Assembly (NCBI GenBank): GCA_043228905.1
Contig: JBHGNT010000003.1
Span: 8,308,001-8,372,000, forward strand
Length of the DNA: 64,000 bases
Source of the DNA: Azolla caroliniana
Taxonomy: Eukaryota; Plantae; Polypodiophyta
Direction of reading: 5' to 3'
Numbering within the stretch: the first letter of the stretch is position 1; each line of letters starts with the position of its first letter. Shown one piece after another: positions 25,179 through 39,108 of the stretch. A program made the translations under genes and the position numbers. The notes under the pieces were generated by a model. It searched no databases. It saw nothing but the letters and a program-made list of their open reading frames with translations, and was not told where the DNA came from.

Positions 25179-25230
25179 CTATTTTGGCGACCACGATTCC
25201 TACAAAGTGCAGAGGACAACCGGGGGATGG

Positions 25231-28200
25231 ATGTCTAGACCAAACGACGACCACATCACTGAACGAGGGAGACGATACACCGAACGCGAGCAATGATGGG
25301 AAGCCCTGCAGCAAGCCGTCGACGAGATCCGGCGGGATCGGTCATTCTCCAAAACTCTTCGGAGAGTCGCAGAAGAAGCACTGCAGTTCCGGGTTCTGCA
25401 AATCCCCGACGAAGGCAGTAGCATAACAAGCCTGCAAGAGGCGGAAACGATACTGCAGACGCTCGCCGCGGGTGACGGGGACTCGGAAGCATTCGCAACA
25501 CTTGAGGCGGAGTCGGAAAGCGACGGAAGCGTTGCATCCCGGTATAAAAGTAGCCACGACACACCAAACGACCGGGAGGACGAGGGGTCGGAAGACTCAG
25601 TAACACCGGCGCCAGAGGAAGAAATAACCCTGGAATTTGGTGACCGGCAACCGCCGAGGAAGGCTGACCGGATAGCAACAACAACCGCGAGGGAACCGAA
25701 GGAGCGGATACCGACAACACCCGCGGAGGAACCAACGGACCGGACACCGGCAACACCCGCGGAGGAACCAAAGGTTCTCACACCAACGCCAACAGCGGAC
25801 AGAGAAAGGAGGGAACAGGAGAGTCAGTTGGACGACACGATGCCGTACCCATACCCAAAGTACCGGGATGAGGCCGACGCGGAGGCACACGTGTACGCAT
25901 TCCTCCAAACATGGGAAGCCAACCATATCTCCCAAAGACTGACGGAGCCTGAAGCCGAACAATCCAAAATCGCCGAATTCGGCATAACCTTAGAAGGACC
26001 GGCGGCCCAATGGCACGCAAAGCACTTACCAGGCATCTTTGCCACATTCAATGCCTTGAAGGCCAGATTCCTCAGGTTTTTTCACAGACAATTTGAACAA
26101 AGGGAATTGGTCGGGCAGTTCTACACCACCCGACAGGAACAGAACGAGACTATGCCACAATTCATCATTCGGTTCCAGACCCTGCACAGCCAACTGACAA
26201 GAGCACCACCCGAAGACGAAGCCAAAGCAGTCTTTCTGGCCGCACTGAAAGAGCCACTTCGAACAATGTGCGGAGTCCTTGATTTCCAAACCAGCACAAT
26301 GGACCAAGTTATTGATCGGGTTTTAGAAATGGACAAGACTAGCCCCTTCTTGTCGATGGGGATGTTACACCGGGCACTCCCAAAAGAGGAAGACCTGAGG
26401 TTCCGACAGGCCTTACAATGTACAACATGCCTAAATTCGGGGCACTCAACAGTAGACTGCACCCTGCGGACACAATGTGTGATCTGCAACTCTCGAGCCC
26501 ATACAACGGACCGATGCGAATACAACCTGTTAAATCGGCAGGCAACACCGGTTCGACACATAGAACCGCGCAATCAGAACCCGGACGAGGATCGAGTCCG
26601 GAGAGACGACCGCTACCAACGCGAACGCGGTAACAGATACGCTGATAGAAGACTCGACAACTATGACCGAGAGGAGAGACGCAGAGATAGCTACCCCCGG
26701 GACCGGTACGACAGAGACGAATCCCCGGAAGACGACAGACGCGGAGAAGAGAGGCGACAAGGATACGCTGATAGAAGACGCGACAACTATGACCGAGAGG
26801 AGAGACGCAAAGATAGCTACCCCCGGGACCGGTACGACCGAGACGGAGCCCCAGAATACGACCGACGTGGAGAAGAGAGGCGACAAGGGAACCGAAATTT
26901 CCGACGGAATCAGAAGCGTGGATTTTTCCGAAGAGAGGAACGTCGGGAGGCAGCAAGGAATGACAACCCGGTATCCGTACCGGATAACCGAAAAACCGAA
27001 GACGACCGCCGGAGCATACCCACCCTCCAAACCGGGGACAAAGGAGAAACGAGCAACAGTCACAAGGTGTACTGTTATTACTGCCGCAAGGAAGGCCACT
27101 ATAGTAACCAATGCCCAAGCAAAAGCTATGACAAGCAGCCGGAAGTCAACATGGTTACAGCCGAAATAACAGAAGTACAACAGGTCACAACCCGGTCAAA
27201 GGGAAAGACCGCCGAGTGGGAAACCCACGAGGCAATCAGAAAACAAGCGACACAATGGATCAAGGAGGCCAATGAACAGAATGCGGCAGAAGTAAGAGAC
27301 CAAAATATGCCAAAAGATGAAGAAATCATACAGCCAGGAGAAAACCCGACGTGGCAAGCGCTACAGGACTGTCAAATCGTGCTGCCGTTAGCACGACTAC
27401 TACAGTTAGTGCCACGATTTACGGCAGACCTACAGGCATCCGTCAGCAAACCGAAGCCGACGCCAGCACCGGCATTCTTCTCCAACCCGGAGGAAGGACC
27501 AGCGGTGGTCGATACAAGTAGCCCAGCGATCACGACAATCGTGAAAGGAAAGGAAATTGCTGGAACGATTATTGACAGAGGCTCCGGGGTAAATGTCATC
27601 AGCCAACAGACATGCAACGACCTGGGCATCCGGGAATGGGAACCATGCCCCTTCTGGTTACGCATGGCGGATACTAGCTCAGTCCGACCGACCGGGCTTA
27701 TCCGGGATTTGGAAATCACGATCGGAGGCCACGTATTCCGGATATCGGCCGTGGTGCTGCAGCTGAATGCACAAGGTGCGTACCCCCTACTGCTAGGACG
27801 ACCATGGCTGCGAACGGCGCATATCAAGCAGAACTGGCAAAAGAACATGATCACATTCCAGCGAGGGAAAACAAAGGTACGAGTAACGACGCAACCACGG
27901 GTGATCACCAGTAAGGAAGCAACTCCATTGTATGCGGAAAGCATTAACATGTTGGAGGGATTACCGGACGAGGAAGTCGAGCGGTACCTCGAGGAACACC
28001 CACGAATCGTCCCACTATTTGAGGTGGATATCACGGCGGCAGTAGAACCGTACATTACGACGCCGGAAGAACCGAACCAAGCGGCGATCCGGGAACTACG
28101 ACAAGCGCAGGAATCCCTAGAGAGGGAAATGACGATATCCCAGAGGGTAAAAGCATCCCAACTCGAAGAGGTGGACCTCGGCACAGCAGACAAGCCCTGA

Positions 28201-31200
28201 CCGGTAAATGTTGCAAAGGAATTGCCGAAGGAAGAAAAGAAGGCAATGGTAGCATTGTTAACAGACTTCAAGGATGTGTTCGCGTGGTCGTACGAAGACA
28301 TGCGAGGGCTGGACCCCCAGCTCTATCAGCACCAAATTCACCTAAGTACGGACGCGAAACCGATTGCTCAACGCAGATACCGGATGAATCCGAATTATGC
28401 GGCAAAGGTGAAGGAGGAAATTGATAAGCTCCTCCGGGTCGGATTTATCCGACCGGTCAAGCAGGCAACCTGGCTGAGTCCGATAGTGGTCGGATTTATC
28501 CGACCGGTCAAGCAGGCAACCTGGTCCCGAAAAAGAACGGAAAAATCCGGGTATGCGTGGACTACCGAAAACTAAATGCCGCAACAGTGACCGATGCATT
28601 TCCACTACCATTTACGGACGGGGTGTTAGATGCGGTAGCCGGGCACGAAGTTTACAACTTCCTGGATGGATTTAGCGGCTACAACCAAATACGAATGAAC
28701 CCGGCCGACCAAGAGAAGACAGCGTTCGTGACGGAATGGGGAGTGTTCGTCGCGGTCGTGATGATGTTCGGACTAAAAACGGCTCCAGCGACCTTTCAAA
28801 GGATAATAATGGAAATTTTCGGGGAATATATCCCCGGTTTTATGCAGGTCTTCCTTGACGATTTCGCGGTCTACAGCCGGCACGGAGAGCATCTCGATCA
28901 CCTCCGACTGTGCTTGGAGAAGTGCCGCGAGTACCGATTGAGCCTGAATCCGGCCAAGTGCGTCTTTGGAGTGGCAAGCGGCAACTTGCTAGGGCACGTG
29001 GTGAGTAAGGAAGGAATCGCGGTAGATCCGGATAAAGTCAAGGCGATTCTCGATGCACCAGCACCAAGTAACGCTGTCGTGCCTTTCAGCGCCAGATCGT
29101 TTCGTGAGTCGGGTGGGAACCGCTGGGGTTTTGGACTAGGAAGAGGAGAGTTTTAAGGCTAATAAGAATATAAATATGTTGTAAGAAAGAGTTATAGCAA
29201 ACTCGTGAATCCCACGAGTGTATTGTATTAGATTAATCAATATGAATATAAGAATATAAACTTCGGTTGAAAGAGAATGATATAGAATTCTCGTGAATCC
29301 CACGAGTATAGTTTATTAATTGGTGTTTTTTAGAAACATATCTAGTTTCCAAATATTTTTCACACACAATTACATTGTGCTCCCCATCCTTATGTAGTGA
29401 TGAGGAAGTCTTAGTAATCCATGCTTTTTCTCTAACTATAGACCCCATGCTTTTCCTATAGATAGACTATATGCTTTATCTAAAGTGATCATGCTTTTTT
29501 CTAACTTGTGCGTTTTTTATCATGCACGCTAGATGTGTATGTGTAGCTTTTTCTTTTGTTATGCGTTTTTCTAATGTTTATCCTAGCGTGAATTTACCTT
29601 TCGATGTGGGACATCTATGCTTTAACACTAATGAAATGCTAGTGTAATGGTAAGACATTACATTATTAACATGGAGGTGCAAGGTTCGAATCTTGCCCTA
29701 TGCATGTTCCATTTATTTTGCTATTTTCTTCTATTTCTTCATTTTTTATTGAATCTAATACTATATACGTTTTTCACGTAGTGTATAAAATACACTACGA
29801 CAACGCAAAGGCTTTAAGCCGGTTCCTGGGCCAAATAAGGTGGCATAGCCGGATGATACGGCACCTCGCGGACTTCGCTACACCGTTACATACCGCCGTA
29901 CATAGGGTACCCTTCCTATGGGCAGAGACGGAGGAGGAAGCCTACAAAGCGTTGAAGGTCATGCTGTCGCAAGCTCCGGTGGTGCAACCGCCGGATTGGA
30001 GTAAAAGCTTTCACGTCTTCGTCGACGCGTCGGACGTAGCAATCGGCAGCGTTCTGATGCAACTCATAGAGCCGAAATGTCACCGACCGGTGTACTACGC
30101 AAGCCGGAAACTCTCAAAAGCCGAACGGAATTACTCTACGACGGAACGCGAGGCATTGGGAATGGTGTATAGTGTCACAAAGTACAGGCACTATCTGCTC
30201 GGAAGGAAGTTTTCCTTCCATGTCGACCATTCGGCACTACTCTACCTGGTCTCGACGGCATCCCTGACGGGAAAAATTGCACGGTGGACACTGCTACTAC
30301 AGGAATTTGAATTCGACATTTTCCACCGACCCGGGGCGCAGCATGCGGTAACGGACTATCTAAGCAGACTTGAATCCGGAGAAGCAGGGGACGGTGTCCA
30401 GGATGAGTTTCCCGACGCCGAATTGTTCCGGATCACGACGAAACCGGCAACGGATACAACGGTAGCCGACGAAGACACATGGCTAACTGAGATGCACCAG
30501 TTCCTGAGCACCGGAGTTCCCCCGGACAACATGGACCGCGATGAAAGGAAAAGGGTAGCAGTAAGAAGTAGACATTTCTGCTTGGTTGGGGACACCCTCT
30601 ATCACAAGGGGGCAGATGGCATCTGGAGACGAGCAGTGCGGAGCGATGAGAAGGATCTAATCCTCAGGGAAGCCCACTGTGGAATTGCTGGCGGGCATTA
30701 TGCCGGCGACGCAACCGCTTGGAAAATATGGCAGAGCGGACTGTGGTGGCCGACCACCCTAAAAGATGCCGTGAAGTATAGCAGAGAATGCGATTTGTGT
30801 CAACGACTGGGCCAACCCACAGAGCAGGCCCAGATGCCACACCACCCAGTCTTGCCCTTAGAACCGTTTCAAAAGTGGGGGTTGGACTTTGTCGGTCCCT
30901 TCAAACCACCGGCAATGCGAACCGGAAATCGGTATGTCATAGTGGCGACCGACTATTGCACCAAATGGGTAGAAGCAAAGGCCTTACGGGACAACACGGC
31001 CGCTTCCACGGCAAAGTTTCTGTACGAATGCATATGGTGCCGGTATGGATGCCCGATCGAGCTTATAAGTGACCAAGGAGGACATTTTCTCGGGCAGGTA
31101 GTAGAAAGCCTGACGTCATTTTACGCGGTGGTACATAAAAAGAGTACACCCTACTACCCTCAAGCCAATGGACTAGCGGAATCAACGAACAAAACTCTGC

Positions 31201-31964
31201 AGAACATCCTACGAAAAATCGTCAACAAGAACCAGACCGACTGGGATACGAAATTGCAAAGCGCGCTATGGGCGTACCGAACAACGTACAAAACCAGCAT
31301 CCGGACAACCCCGTTCCGACTAGCATTCGGGTTAGAAGCGGTCATGCCGGTAGAGTTCCAGATCCCCAGCTTACGGATTCAGGTAAAGGAGCGCTTAAGT
31401 GAGAACGAGTCCGAACGAATCCGACTGGCAACGTTGTTGGAATTAGAGGAAAACCGAATAGCTAGCTTACTACAACTCGAACTGGAGCAAAGGAGGAGAA
31501 AAGCCTTCGTGGACCGACACCGGCGTGGCAATGAAAAGGATTTCGAAGTCGGGAAACCGGTGCTACTATTCCAGACAAGGATGGGGAACATGCCGGGAAA
31601 GTTGCGGTTTCGATGGACCGGACCGTTCTGGATCACCAAGGAGTATAATGGGTCGTATCAGCTCGGCACGTTGTCTGGAGATGTCATCGGCAAGTGGGCA
31701 AATGGATTTCGGCTAAAGCCGTATAAAGGAAATATGTCAGTCAACCCGTTCAAGCGAAACCCGGAAATCCGGCAAGATGAGGAACCGACACCGACAGACG
31801 CTGCTCGGACCGAGGAAGAACCGACACCGACAGACGCTGCTGAAGACATTCGGACCGAGGAAGAACCGACACCAATACTGACGAGGACCATCCCGGAAAA
31901 CCGACAGAAGGATCCGGTATCCACACGAACCGACCCGAACAAATCGGGGGGGACCAGCAAATGA
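25231..31964 (+). pseudogene. gag-pol: C1 gag-pol, disrupted
   Basis: Collinear with the intact C3 ORF. Stops at ~25294 and 28198, a duplication frameshift at ~28488, and the S2 insertion. Confidence 0.93.
29075..29802. mobile_element. S2: AT-rich solo-LTR-like insertion (728 bp)
   Basis: tgtcgt...acgaca inverted ends and duplicated acgc; removing it restores the pol peptide PSNAKAL. Confidence 0.85.
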
Positions 31965-31976
31965 CGTGGTCCAAGC

Positions 31977-32011
31977 AAAATAAAAAAAATAAAAAAATAA
32001 AAAAATAAAAA

Positions 32012-32049
<38 letters not shown>

Positions 32050-32120
32050 AATAATAAATAATAATAAATAAATAAATAAATAAATAATAAAAATAAAAAA
32101 TAAAAATAAAAATAAATAAT
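31977..32120 (+). repeat. A-rich microsatellite (AAAT/AAT)n between pol and the extra ORF of C1
   Basis: Seen directly; same position as the poly(A) tracts in C2 and C3. Confidence 0.9.
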
Positions 32121-32294
32121 GACGTGGGCAGAATCGACGCGAATCATCGTAATGATGGGGAGATCACAAGAGGTGGGAGCGCCACCATGCAACGAAGAGG
32201 CGCCATGCATTAAAGAAGGACGTGTGCGGACTTGCTATTTAAAGCAGGGAACGTGGGCACTCACACACGGCAAACAAGAAAGGACATACTAATT

Positions 32295-35200
32295 ATGGCG
32301 GGAGAGGAACATGCGCGGGAAACGAAAAAGGACGGCTCGAGGCACAACCCACTATATAAGACACAGGCCTGCGAAGGGCTCACGTTTTACGAATTTTCCT
32401 ACATACAGGCGCAGAAGCACAGAAGAGCGACCCGACGCACAGAGCACACACAGCGCGATCCCGAACACCAGGCAGCAGACGAAGAATTCGAAGCAATGGT
32501 ACTGTCGGAAGAGGCACGCCAATGGATGAGGGAGAACGGGTTAAAAGGCTTGCTGCGGATCGCCGACGCTCCACCACACGCAGAACCAGAGCAGGCGGCA
32601 GCATCGATCGATATATCAGAAGTCACGGAAGGAGCGGTGCAGGCACTCACGGGGATCAAAGCAGGAGGACTGCAAACAATCGAAAACCCTTCCAGTGAAA
32701 TCCTGTTCGAATATTTCGGGGAATACTCTATCAGCAACAAGGCGTACCGAACGCAGGGCGGAGAGAACCTGTTGTTCGGAGAAGTGGCCCGCGGTATGAT
32801 GGAATACGGATTCGTGAATCCCCATCCCCCAGCCATAGCCAAGTATCGGGCAGCATTCTTGATAGCAGCGTACGAGGGCTTACAAATAGACTGGCTCCAT
32901 TTCATAACCGAAGGATTGAAGGAGGCCATCAAAAATCTGGTGGAAGGGAAAAAGCCATGGGCCGGGATAGCACAATGGCTAACGGTGTTAGTCCCACCGG
33001 TACTCCCCATCACACAAAAGAAAAGAGGTCGGCAGGAGACGACGCCGAAAAAGGTCACAAAGCGCCGACAGATCTTGGAGAAACACACCCCCGGATGGAC
33101 CCCGCAAGAAGCAGAACAGCAGGGGGAAGGACCATCCCGACAGCAACAGGAACCGGCAACAAAGGCAAAACCGGCAGGTAAAGGCAAAGGGAAAGCGGCC
33201 GAGGAGGAACCGGTAGCGCGCAAACCAATCCATATAACGCTGCGACGGCCGGAACCGGAACCAGAGGTCTCTAGAGGTTCGTCTGGTAACCGCACCGGAG
33301 GAGGAAACTGAAATAGAAGACTCATCCGAACCACTGGTAAGACTCCCAGCAAGACAAGGTCAGGAGAAACGGGCGAAAGGACCGGCTCCACCAGTGGACA
33401 GAACTCAGCAGAGGGCGCAAGGACCATCTCCAGTAGCTGAGGCAGAAACAGCACCGGAACCCGTACCCAGGGAAGCAGCACCGACACCGGTTGGGCTGGA
33501 CTTCAGAAAACCGGTCATCCCAGAGAAGAAGAAGGAACGAGCGCCGGAGCCGGAGCCAGAGAAGAGGCCGGAAAATCAGCCTGGCTTAAGTGAGCAAGGC
33601 CACCCCGAAATCGGAAGAACAAAGCCACAATGGCTGAGATGGCTTTCGGAGCAGTTATCGGGAGTAGCGGACCAGTTAGAGAAAGAAGAAACGTGTCGGC
33701 AACAGCTGACGCATACAACAACTCAGGAGTTGGTCGCGCTCCGAACACAGATCGAGGAAATGCAAGGGGAGCTGTTGCAGGCAAGGGAAGGAATTCAACA
33801 AGCACAAGCTGTCACCGAACCGGTCGGGACAACAAGGAAGCAACCAGAAACGGAATTGGAACCGGTAGCCTTGCAAACCGGCCCTGAGACCGAAAAAATA
33901 ATAGAAACCTTACGAGAGGAGTTACAAGCTCAGGAGGCATTAAGGGAAAGAGAAAGGGAGCAGCGGAAAGCGGTGGAGGATGACAGACGAAAAATGGAAG
34001 AAGGCCTCCGGAAAGGTCGAACCGCTAATGACCGACTGCAAGAAGAAAAAGAGAAGCTGCAGAAGGAGAAGGACCGACTACGTCGACATGCGGAACAAGA
34101 GATAGAACGACTGCAGGAAGAACTCCGACAACAGAAGGACTGGGACGATCGGTTAAGAGCTCAGGCAACCCGACGCCTGAAGCAGAAGACGGAGGACTTC
34201 GACCGTCTCTACCGAGATCACAAGCAGGCCGAGTCGGACAACAAAAAACGAGCAGTAGACTACGACCGGCAAATAGAGAAGCTGAAAGAGAAGCTCAAAG
34301 AGACCCAATTAGACCTGGCTAAGGCGATGGATGAGGTCAGTGCCAACAAGGAAGCATTGTCGGCGGAAATAGCCCAAGCAACGGAGAGAAGGAAGGAATT
34401 AGAGGCGCTAAGGCGGGAAAAGCTGGACCTGACCAAGATCAGGAATGAAGAAAAGGAAAAATCGACCTTCACGATCAGCAAACTGCAGAGTACCTATGAA
34501 AAGCAGAAAGCAGATTACGAGGCCCAGGCTCAGATAATGGCCGACATTATAAAACGGGCAAGGAAGGAAAAGCAGGAAGCTTATGCGCATGCTAAGGCAG
34601 GAGTTGACCGGATCAAGCTCATCATGTCAGGATGGAGTACCCGAGCTCAGGCAAGTATCAACGAAAGTACGGAAAAGCTATGGAAGGAGTGGTCACAACA
34701 GGCAGCCGAGCTGCAGACACTCCGAGCGGATGCCGAGAATCGGAAGAAGACCGGCGACAGGTTCTACAAGATGGATGAAGAAAGTGTCGTCGCCATTCGG
34801 GAGGAATTGTCGGAGGATTTCTACACTTTAGCAGAAGAACACCTCAAAGAAATCCGAGGGTTGGTAGAGAGGTTGGATGACGGGCAGCTCGCAACTCAGT
34901 TGGAGTTGGAGAGATACGAGCAGGACCGGTTACGACAGGAAGCTAAGGGAAGAACGACGCCAACCACTATTGGTGAGGGAACGCGACCGGCTGAAGATGA
35001 ACCAACCGACACCGAACAACCCCGACGAGGAATACCTGAAGACGAACTTGAAGAAGAGCAGGAGCGGACCGATGCCGGAGAAGAAGAAGAGCTGAGACCG
35101 GAAGACACCAGGGCAGAGGAAGGAGGCATATCAAGTCGACCAGTCGAGACCGGAGAAAGCGACACCGGTAACAGAACAGAGCCAGGAACGGAGGGAGAAC

Positions 35201-35394
35201 AAGAAGAACCCGGACGAAGCGGTGAGGAAGCACCGGCACCACGGAATCAAGCAGAGCCGGAGCAGAAAATTTTTACGGAACAGCCTACCCAACAGGAGGT
35301 CGGAGACCCGGCAGGCAAGGAACAGGAACAAGAGGAAGAAGCACCACTTGACACTATCGACCAAAGTGTGCTTGATATTTTGGAGGAAGACTGA
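32295..35394 (+). pseudogene. C1 extra ORF (coiled-coil protein), one frameshift at ~33300
   Basis: ORFs 32232..33311 and 33394..35394 are homologous to the C2 and C3 extra ORFs. Confidence 0.85.
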
Positions 35395-35444
35395 GGCCGG
35401 GAGTGGATTCGAAGTGCAAGGCACTTTCCCACGGGCGTGCCATG

Positions 35445-35830
35445 TGTTGGCCGGTCAGAAGAGCAAGGACAAGTGGGAAGGCGGAATCGGATCGGATAAT
35501 AGGAAGTAATAGTAGAATTATTATTCGGAGGGACGGATTCGGTACAGTTGTACCGATCCGGATCCGAACCGATTCGGATGTCGGTTGCCTAAGCGCACCG
35601 ATTGTAACCTTGCCGGATGCCTATAAAAGGATCCGATGATTTGTAAAGTGTTTTGATGGAAGTAATACAATAGCAATTATTGTGTATTTATCTGTATCTC
35701 GTATTGTTTGCCGTCCGTGCTTAATTGTAATCATCTTATGCGTGTAACCTAGCATCCAATCCTTACCACCCCTTTGGAGAAGTGTCGGGTAGACACCTGT
35801 GTTGAGGCTAGTCCAGCCAGACAGACAACA
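35445..35830 (+). repeat. 3' LTR of C1
   Basis: Repeat of 24793-25178, followed by TSD cacgc. Confidence 0.95.
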
Positions 35831-37246
35831 CACGCATGGAGACGAAAGTACTGGACAACGGTTCGGCGTATGCGCGCGTCAAGAGCCAAGACGGTTGGCA
35901 TTCCGTCCAATTCATGACAATGCGACCCAACCACGAGCGAAACCGCGAGACCCTCAGCGGCGACAGCAGAGGGGATTTTTAGAGAGGGCTATCAAGGCGT
36001 GGGGTTGTGATAGTCCAGACACCTTGGAAAAGCCCCACAGATGTACTACAGGCAAAAACACATGTACCATAGGTAGAAAATTTTGTTCTCCGATAGCGGT
36101 GGTTGTACGATAGCCGGCGTAGTTCGCCGGGAAAAGAAGCAGGTGGAGGAGCAGCTTCGGGCATGCGGAGTCCTCAGCCCTGAAGAGGAAATCAACGGAG
36201 CTGTGGAGGCGGTCTCTTTCGATGACACCTTGGGGAAGTTACGGGAGGTGTTCGGAGAGGGCCTTAATGAGGACCGGACGATTCTGGTATGTTCGGAAAA
36301 GATGTACGAAGTCATCGCCAACTTCGGTAGTGGACTCGAGTTGGATCGGACGGCCCGAGTGGATACGAAGTACAAGACTGTGAACCGGAAGGTGAGGCCA
36401 GTCGCAGCACCCTTGCCGGAGGGCAGCGAGTTACGGATAAAGGGGCTTGTGTTGGACCCAAGTTTACGAGATCCGGTCAGCATAGGACACACGTTCACCG
36501 ACGTAACGCTACGAGAGCTCAAGATCGGTGGGGGTGGCTTCCTACTGCCGGTGGAAGAGCACCGGTTTCGGGGAATGCTTGGAAGGCACGGGAAGGCTTT
36601 CGCATTCTCACCGGAGGAGATCGGGTGCGTAGACCCGAAGGTTGTGGAACCAATGGTGATCTTCACGGTACCGCATGTCCCGTGGAGTCTCAAACCGATT
36701 CCGGTACCCAGAGCTCACATCCCGAAGCTGATGGAGCTACAAAAACAGAAGGTGGAGATGGGCATCCTCGAACCGTCGAGTGCCCCATATTCGAATCAGT
36801 GGTTTACTGTGCCGAAGAAGAACGGCACACTGCGCTTCATACAGGACCTACAGCCGGTCAACAAGGTGACCATTCGAAACGCGGGTACCGGACCGACCAT
36901 CGATGAGTTCGCGGAGGCTTTCGTAAGGAGGTCAATCTACTCAGTCGGGGACCTGTACTCAGGCTACAATCAGTTCCAGCTAGCCGTAGAGAGCAGGGAT
37001 GTCACGACAATACGGACTCCTCTCGGCCTAGTTCGGATGTGTACCCTGCCACAAGGAGGAACGAACTCGGTGGCACACATGGTGAATGTGATGAACAAGG
37101 TGTTGAGGGACTGCATCCCAGACATCACCATGCCATTTCTGGACGACATCCCGATCAAAGGTTGTCCGGTGGAGGACAGGGACGAGTCGCTCGGGCCCAA
37201 CGGTTGTCGGAGGTTCATGACGGATCACATCCGCGACTGCGAGAAG
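35831..37246 (+). pseudogene. pol: H reverse transcriptase, N-terminal part
   Basis: VPKKNGTLRFIQDLQPVN, DLYSGY, LPQGGTNSVA, PFLDD. Confidence 0.92.
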
Positions 37247-37527
37247 TGTCGAATACATGTGTATAATGGACGTATTCACACTATCCCGAATGGCCATTTA
37301 TGTAATTAGCATAAAGGGTAGTTGCCCTAAGTCGGTCACTATATATAGTGACCTTGTAACCTTTTTGTAAGGTTGGGTGTTGTATTATTGCTTTATGGAA
37401 TAAGAAAGAGTCTTGTGTGTCTCTCTCTCTCTCTCTCTGTGCAACGACCTACAAACTGTCATACGCAGGTACTCAACAGCAATCGAATGCTTCTTGATCT
37501 TCCGCATAGACGACCTCGTCTCCAACA
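37247..37527 (+). repeat. 5' LTR of D
   Basis: TG...CA; repeat of 62739-63019. Confidence 0.95.
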
Positions 37528-38211
37528 TCTGGTATCAGAGCAGAGGTTCGGCCGTCATCACCGCCTGAACAGCATTCGGTTCTTCACTTCATCACGGCCT
37601 GCACAGTATTCGCGTCATTCGAAGAAAGAGAGAAGAAGAACAAAAACGAGGTTTGCACCTCATCGCGTTAGATCCTCTTGCTTGGAGTAAGCCATCAGGT
37701 TGTACTCTGTTCCTTGTGATCGTAACCGCTCGAGGTGAAATCCCCTTGTGCATCATTGACACGATCGTGCTCCATTCGGTTAAACGGCATCCGAAAAGGT
37801 CTTTAAACGCTGCTCGCTGCTCGTTGTAACCACTCGGTGCAGATCGGTCTCAAGACAACAACCCCAAATTCGTGCTTCATCTGGCTGATCGACATTCGGG
37901 AGGATCAGTTGGATCCGTCTCTCTCGTTGCTGCAGTCAACCGAAGCAGAATCGGTCTAGATAATCGGTTTCAATAATCGGCATTCGGCATATATATCCGA
38001 AGCGAACCGGGCTCACTCCGACTCGGCAACATTCGGGAAGACCAGTCGGTTCTGTCCCTCAAGCTACCGGAGTCAATTCGAGCAAGTTCCGAAGCCGAAC
38101 CGACTCGGGTTCAAATCCGACTAGAACGATATCGGGTGAGCCAACTGGCTGCACTCCAACAAGGTTCGTAGTCAACTCCGAACCGAGCTTCGTCAACCAA
38201 AACCGAACTTG

Positions 38212-39108
38212 ATGGCATCAACATCCGGCTCGTCAGAAATGAGTCTACGTAAGTTCGATGGATCGAACTTCAACTTCTGGAAGGAACAAATGCAGGACTA
38301 TCTCATAGTCAAGGGGCAAATCGATCCCATCGAAAATGAAGAACCTCCAGAAGGATACAAACCAATTGAGTGGCAGAAGCTGGACAGAATCGTCCGCGCC
38401 ACGATTCGGATGCACCTATCGGGATCGGTATACTTTACGGTGCAATCGTGTACGACAGCATTCGAACTGTGGAAAACACTGTCGGACACTTACGAAAAGA
38501 AGGTCGCCGCAACGAAGATGTTTCTGATCCGGCGCCTCTACAACTTGCAGATGAAAGAATCCGATTCGGTTCAAGCACACCTCAATGAGTACGAAAGCAT
38601 AAGCTCCCAAATCTCGTCACAGGGGACGGCAATCGAGGATGAACTCAGAGCAATGATACTCATGAGCAGCCTTCCCTCATCATGGGAAACTTTCGTCACA
38701 ACTGTGTGCAACGCGTCAACCACGGCTGTTAAATACTCCGAAGTCACGAGCGCGATCCTGACCGAAGCAGCTCGGAGAAAGTCTTTCGCCAAAGACTCAA
38801 CAGACGACGCTTACGTAGTACAAGGTTCGACAGACCGATCGAACATACGAGGAAGAGATTCCTCACGACCGCCGAACAATCAGCGAAGACGGAGCCAGTC
38901 ACGGGATAACCGAATCTGCAACTATTGCAAGAAACCCGGACACATCAAAGCAGACTGCCGCGCACTCAAAAACAAGAACAACAAGAAGAGTGGCCGGCAT
39001 GAGGAGATCAATTACGTCAGCTTCTCAGCTGATGTACTACCGGACGACCCGAATATACTATCAATCGAAAATCCAGTCGGATCAGAAGTTCTACTCACGA
39101 CTGAAGAA
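38212..39108 (+). pseudogene. gag: D gag
   Basis: KFDGSNFNFWK and CNYCKKPGHIKADC; cut by C2. Confidence 0.92.

Larger units (their letters stand above)
24793..35830 (+). mobile_element. Element C1: Ty3/gypsy non-chromovirus (Athila-like RT/RH) with extra 3' ORF
   Basis: 386-bp LTRs with 2 mismatches seen, perfect TSD cacgc, PBS TGGCGACCACGA at 25185. Confidence 0.96.

Noticed and set aside
29636-29700. Functional tRNA gene
   Set aside because: No acceptor stem or proper anticodon arm; only the A and B boxes are recognisable.
29075-29802. Helitron, suggested by the subterminal hairpin
   Set aside because: It has TG...CA inverted ends and a TSD, and lacks TC...CTRR ends.
33394-35394. Host myosin/SMC-like gene or retroviral envelope
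   Set aside because: It lies inside the LTRs in all three copies, and no motor or ATPase motifs or transmembrane segment were seen.
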